Of a stretch of DNA of 64,000 nt, positions 61,201 to 64,000 are shown one piece after another; the first letter of the stretch is position 1, and each line of letters begins with the position of its first letter. The stretch is from Planctomycetaceae bacterium (GTDB taxonomy: Bacteria; Planctomycetota; Planctomycetia; Planctomycetales; Planctomycetaceae). The translations under genes and the position numbers were made by a program. The stretch spans positions 9,218 to 73,217 of the forward strand of contig JANSXP010000013.1 in NCBI GenBank assembly GCA_024742875.1, written 5' to 3'. The notes under the pieces were generated by a model. That model worked only from the letters and a program-made list of their open reading frames with translations, made no database searches and was not told the origin of the DNA.

Positions 61201-62386
61201 AGGGCTGTATGAACAGGGGCAGCAGGCGGAACAGGTCGCCCGGGAAGGCGTCAACGAATTGGCGCGAGGCATTGAAAACGCGGCGGATGCCGTCCTGGGC
61301 AGTGAAGAAGAATCTCTGCGACGCGCGCAGCGGGAACTGGAGAGTCTGACCGAGCAGTTGTCCTCCGAAATCGCCGAAGCCACAGGTCGTAGTCCTGAAC
61401 AGCCCGCCACGGACGAGCCGGAGACGGACGCACCACCACGGCAGGCCATTCAGCGAGCACCGCGACAGTCGGACCAGGAACGAGCGGCCGAACGCCAGCC
61501 GGGTGAAGGTCAGCAGCCGGGTGAAGGTCAGCAGCCGGGTGAAGGTCAACAACCGGGTGAAGGTCAACAACCGGGTGAAGGACAACAACCGGGTGAAGGA
61601 CAACAACCGGGTGAAGGTCAACAACCGGGACAGGGTCAACAACCGGGTGAAGGTCAACAACCAGGTGAAGGCCAGCAACCGGGACAGGGTCAACAACCGG
61701 GTGAAGGACAACAACCGGGTGAAGGTCAACAACCGGGTGAAGGTCAACAACCGGGTGAAGGTCAACAACCGGGACAGGGTCAACAACCGGGTGAAGGACA
61801 ACAACCGGGACGTGGGCAACAACCGGGACGTGGGCAACAACCGGGGCAGGGGCAACAACCGGGGCAGGGGCAACAGCCGGGACGTGGGCAACAGCCGGGA
61901 CGTGGGCAACAACCGGGGCAGGGGCAACAACCGGGGCAGGGGCAACAGCCGGGTAGCGGCAATCGGCAGGGAAACTCTTTTCTGATGAATGGAGGTCGCG
62001 AATCCGTCAACGGTGGACCTGGCAATCCAGGCGGTCGTCCGCTCACCGGCGACGATTATCGGGAATGGTCGAACCGCATGCGAGAAGTCGAAGAAATTCT
62101 GGATGATCCCGAACTGCGCAACCAGGTGGCCCAGGTCCGGGACCGCGCCCGCGCAATCCGCGCTGAATTCCGTCGCCACGGCAAAGAACCCAAATGGGAT
62201 CTCGTGCAGTCAGAACTTCTGGAGGAACTGCAGGACCTGCAAAGCCGCATCAACCAGCAGATTTCACGGATCAGCAGTGACCGTTCGATGGTCCCCATCG
62301 ATCGGGAGCCGGTCCCTGAGGAATTTGACGAACTGGTGCGGCGCTACTACGAACTTCTGGGACAAAGCCAGGGAGCCGACGAATGA
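58298..62386 (+). CDS. Giant Q-rich coiled-coil membrane protein (DUF4175-like position in the Bat cluster) with hexapeptide repeat array
   Basis: 1362-aa ORF with ATG at 58298 and AGGAG 8 nt upstream. Two N-terminal TM helices, a beta-rich region of about 450 aa, two poly-Q tracts, a long E/R/K/Q coiled-coil-like region, 25 PG[EQR]GQQ units and a conserved-looking C-terminal ~130 aa. Confidence 0.85.
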   Translation: MTGTFLERSLQLVAQRLHKLRILRRQALCWMLLLVPAMAAALLLPPSTGFLSAELFLLLGVTVMGLWMARWRLPEPSAIETARLVEKSQPQLNDAVITAVQADARTRSSDRASVMDEWVIDEADKLARGSNWSGVIPGRQMLTWSCLSFLGFCFLVTSVVAAGRWGRDVRPFSDRPPLEAAPGESLLQAAELTVEPGDVEIERGTALTVVARFGSGIPATSVLEVTTAAGTANYVMAPTVDDGVFAASIPSVDSDGSYRVVFGQSDDAVQRFLSAADSPTETADASQPYRIATYVRPRVDQVDAVITPPSYTGKERQTVEDTLRVTAVEGSDVEFRIHVNKPVAAAELITEDDAVLPLDLTGGEPGVVTAHVTAETSQKYRIALRDEAGRTAAEQTTISLKVTRNQRPKIKVTFPGRDTNVSPLQEFQIEAETADDFGVAEFGVRYFLSNGRAGEVILEPAGETDAPGPVTKRTAAHTILLEELEAEPDQLLTYSFYVKDFGPDGSLRTTSGDMQLAEVRRFEEIFRESAQNGQQQQQQQQQQQQGQQGQQAAAEKLMQLQREILVATFNTGRTLAEASSRESIRSQTQEDVEVITQSQQQALDQLLEQKQEAADPESLQLMGEVEGAMDAALTALGVLQETLSDEAVQSALAAEQTVLAGLMKLRAREFEVQQQQQQQQQGQGQGQSQASRQQMQQLELKNDQQRYESQREAQEQQEQNAAGSEDLQILNRLKELARRQQMLNERLKQLESELRAARTDEEKEEIERELKRLREEQRDLLRDVDELRETMDNQSTEQQQQNQETRQQVDEARERVQQASRAMDEGKLSEAISEGTRAEREFEDLEETFRQQTASQFSDAMKDLRQQTRDMQETQKEIARELAGESATPEVQGGPPSLRTSDDRDDLQQKVAQQRDDLERVLERAKELVEQAEESEPLLSRRLYDTVRDVREKKPETALEATELLVGRGLYEQGQQAEQVAREGVNELARGIENAADAVLGSEEESLRRAQRELESLTEQLSSEIAEATGRSPEQPATDEPETDAPPRQAIQRAPRQSDQERAAERQPGEGQQPGEGQQPGEGQQPGEGQQPGEGQQPGEGQQPGEGQQPGQGQQPGEGQQPGEGQQPGQGQQPGEGQQPGEGQQPGEGQQPGEGQQPGQGQQPGEGQQPGRGQQPGRGQQPGQGQQPGQGQQPGRGQQPGRGQQPGQGQQPGQGQQPGSGNRQGNSFLMNGGRESVNGGPGNPGGRPLTGDDYREWSNRMREVEEILDDPELRNQVAQVRDRARAIRAEFRRHGKEPKWDLVQSELLEELQDLQSRINQQISRISSDRSMVPIDREPVPEEFDELVRRYYELLGQSQGADE
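59897..59950 (+). repeat. CAG/CAA tract encoding Q12-G-QQ-G-QQ
   Basis: An in-frame run cagcagcaacaacaacagcagcaacaacagcaacag followed by ggtcagcagggacaacag. Confidence 0.9.
60314..60364 (+). repeat. CAG/CAA tract encoding Q9 then GQGQGQSQ
   Basis: An in-frame run cagcagcagcagcaacaacaacaacag followed by gggcagggacagggccaaagtcag. Confidence 0.9.
61499..61966 (+). repeat. 25 tandem 18-bp units plus 1 degenerate unit encoding PG[E/Q/R]GQQ
   Basis: Units were counted directly: ccgggtgaaggtca(g/a)ca(g/a) and variants. By type: 14 E, 3 Q (ggacagggt), 4 R (ggacgtggg) and 4 Q (gggcagggg). 61805-61876 and 61877-61948 form a 72-bp higher-order repeat with a single synonymous difference. Confidence 0.97.
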
Positions 62387-64000
62387 TGCGGCTGCCTCAG
62401 ATCGCCACATTTGTGGCAGGTGATCCGCAATGGAGTCTGCCGGCCCTTGCGATCGGAGCGGGCGGTGTCCTGCTGGCCGTCTGGCTGGGCGGGCGGCGTC
62501 AGTCCGCGCTCAGGATCGCCACCGCGTGTCGCGTGGCGGGCTGGCTGCTGATCTGCGCGTGCCTGGTCAATCCTCTGTGGAGCAGCGCTCGCCCCCGCAA
62601 AGGGGCCAACGTTCTGGCCGTTGTCACCGACGCCAGCCGCAGCCACCTGGTGGCGGTCGAAGACGGCGTCACCCGCAGCGACCGCTTCGCCGATCTGCTG
62701 AATGCGGGCGAAAGCCGCGAAGCCAATGGCTGGCTCAATCGAATCGAACAGGATTTTGAACTGCAGCGTTACCTGGCCGGCGACCGACTGCAGCGCGTCG
62801 ACAACTTTGAACAGCAGGAATTTCAACTGCCTGCATCCAACATCTGCACAGCACTGGAGCAGTTGCAGCAGCGTTTTGAGGGACAGCCACTGGCCGCTGT
62901 CGTGCTGCTTTCAGACGGTAATGCCACAGACAGCTTTGAGTCTCTGGACTCCCTGAAAACCCTGGCGCCCGTCTATCCGGTCATCCTGCCAACGGAAAAT
63001 TCGGCAGCAGATGTGGGAATCGGAGCTGTTACCGTCAACCAAACGGCCTTCGACGACGCGCCTGTCACCATTGCCGTGCAGACGCGTCAGGTGGGTGCCG
63101 AGGGACGAAACGTCAAACTGACGCTGCTCGACCAGGACCGCACACCGCTGATGACCAAATCGCAGGCGGCCGATGCCGATTCCACGGTCCGTTTTCAGGT
63201 GCGGCCCGAAACGGGCGGCACAGTGTTCTACCATGTCCGCGTGGACCTGCTGGATGAGAACGATGAGCCGGTCGCTGAGGAAGCCACCACCATCAACAAT
63301 GAACGGATGGTGGCCGTGGACCGGGGGAGCGAAAAACGCCGCGTGCTGTATGTTTCCGGACGGCCCAACTGGGAGTTCAAGTTTCTGCGACGGGCTGTGG
63401 AAACTGACCCACAGACCGATCTGGTGGGATTGATTCGCATTGCCCGCCGCGAAGCCAAATTTGACTTTCGCGGACGGGAGGGAGAATCGTCCAACTCTTT
63501 GTTTCGTGGCTTTGATGAAACCGAACAGGAACTGGCCGAAGAATACGACGAGCCGGTGCTGATCGGACTGGGCACCAAAGACGACGAACTGGACGGTGGC
63601 TTTCCCGAAGACGCCGAAGAGCTGTTTGCCTATGACGCGCTGATCGTTGACGATCTGGAAGCCCGATTCTTCACGGCCGATCAGCTGCAGCTGATTTATG
63701 AGTTTGTGGCCAAACGCGGGGGCGGATTTCTGATGATGGGCGGGCAGGAGTCGTTCCGCCAGGGACAGTACGACCGCACGCCGATCGGCGAATTGCTGCC
63801 CATTGATCTGCATCGGGATGTGGCCGCTCCGACGGGCCCGGTACGCATGAGCCTCACGCGCGATGGCTGGCTGCAGCCCTGGATTCGCCTGCGGTCTGAT
63901 GAAGCGGCGGAAACAACCCGCCTGGATCAGATGCCCGAGTTTCTCACGCTCAATGCCACCAGCTTTATTCGCCCCGGAGCTGTCGTGATGTCAACCGTCC
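62383..64000 (+). CDS. Membrane-anchored vWA-like / glutamine-amidotransferase-like Bat-cluster protein (3' end outside window)
   Basis: Missing from the supplied ORF track because it has no stop in the window. ATG at 62383 overlaps the previous TGA (ATGA). I translated the frame by hand and it stays open to 64000: MMRLPQIATFVAGDPQWSLPALAIGAGGVLLAVWLGG ... VLAVVTDASRSH ... VVLLSDGNATD ... VLYVSGRPNWEFKFLRRAV ... GGGFLMMGGQESF. Confidence 0.72.
   Translation, partial: MMRLPQIATFVAGDPQWSLPALAIGAGGVLLAVWLGGRRQSALRIATACRVAGWLLICACLVNPLWSSARPRKGANVLAVVTDASRSHLVAVEDGVTRSDRFADLLNAGESREANGWLNRIEQDFELQRYLAGDRLQRVDNFEQQEFQLPASNICTALEQLQQRFEGQPLAAVVLLSDGNATDSFESLDSLKTLAPVYPVILPTENSAADVGIGAVTVNQTAFDDAPVTIAVQTRQVGAEGRNVKLTLLDQDRTPLMTKSQAADADSTVRFQVRPETGGTVFYHVRVDLLDENDEPVAEEATTINNERMVAVDRGSEKRRVLYVSGRPNWEFKFLRRAVETDPQTDLVGLIRIARREAKFDFRGREGESSNSLFRGFDETEQELAEEYDEPVLIGLGTKDDELDGGFPEDAEELFAYDALIVDDLEARFFTADQLQLIYEFVAKRGGGFLMMGGQESFRQGQYDRTPIGELLPIDLHRDVAAPTGPVRMSLTRDGWLQPWIRLRSDEAAETTRLDQMPEFLTLNATSFIRPGAVVMSTV

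Noticed and set aside
61499-61966. Regular short repeats that might suggest a CRISPR array
   Set aside because: The units are only 18 bp and head-to-tail with no spacers. They are in frame within a long ORF, and no cas genes are nearby. This is a coding tandem repeat.
59426-62179. 316-aa and 354-aa minus-strand ORFs inside the giant gene (59426..60376, 61115..62179), the latter with striking LLPLPRLLPTSR / LLTFTR periodicity
   Set aside because: The periodicity is simply the reverse-complement reading of the 18-bp PG[EQR]GQQ units. The plus frame is continuous for 1362 codons, has a good SD and is coupled to the neighbouring genes.
62911-63813. 300-aa minus-strand ORF near the window end
   Set aside because: It is antisense to the open-ended plus-strand gene starting at 62383. 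That gene has an ATGA-coupled start, a TM helix and vWA-like DxSxS and GATase-like motifs.

Overview
GC-rich (roughly 60 percent by eye), almost fully coding bacterial chromosomal window. I call 48 protein-coding ORFs, or 47 genes if the frameshifted pair at 24334-26837 is one gene. I saw no rRNA, tRNA, CRISPR array, transposase or integrase. Several hallmark families point to Planctomycetota: a PSCyt1/DUF1549/DUF1553 protein paired with a Tat-signal DUF1501 protein, PVC-type CxxCH dehydrogenase-like giants, HEAT-repeat proteins and a DUF4159/MoxR/DUF58/BatA/vWA cluster. All family calls come from motif recognition in the translations, because no searches could be run. Housekeeping genes: suhB-like IMPase, SurA-like PPIase, gyrB, a DUF721/DciA-like gene, dnaN, pheT, panD and a SpoU/TrmH methyltransferase. 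Points worth a second look: (1) a nine-gene chain joined by start/stop overlaps (38312-43689, minus strand) that mixes ADP-ribosylglycohydrolase, ankyrin, P4H-like oxygenase and a P-loop kinase with five unplaceable proteins; (2) a roughly 13-kb coupled operon (13686-26837, minus strand) running from a large membrane protein through an ABC ATPase, ABC permease and HEAT protein to a 1637-1674-aa GDSL/dehydrogenase/HEAT/PA14/cupredoxin/cytochrome c protein, whose first gene is broken at a C7 homopolymer; (3) a split paralogue pair of that giant elsewhere in the window (44977-49702); (4) a Bat-like MoxR/vWA cluster containing a 1362-aa Q-rich coiled-coil membrane protein with 25 tandem 18-bp units encoding PG[E/Q/R]GQQ; (5) a secreted archaemetzincin-type protease. 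One gene (62383 to the window end) is missing from the supplied ORF track because it has no stop codon inside the window.
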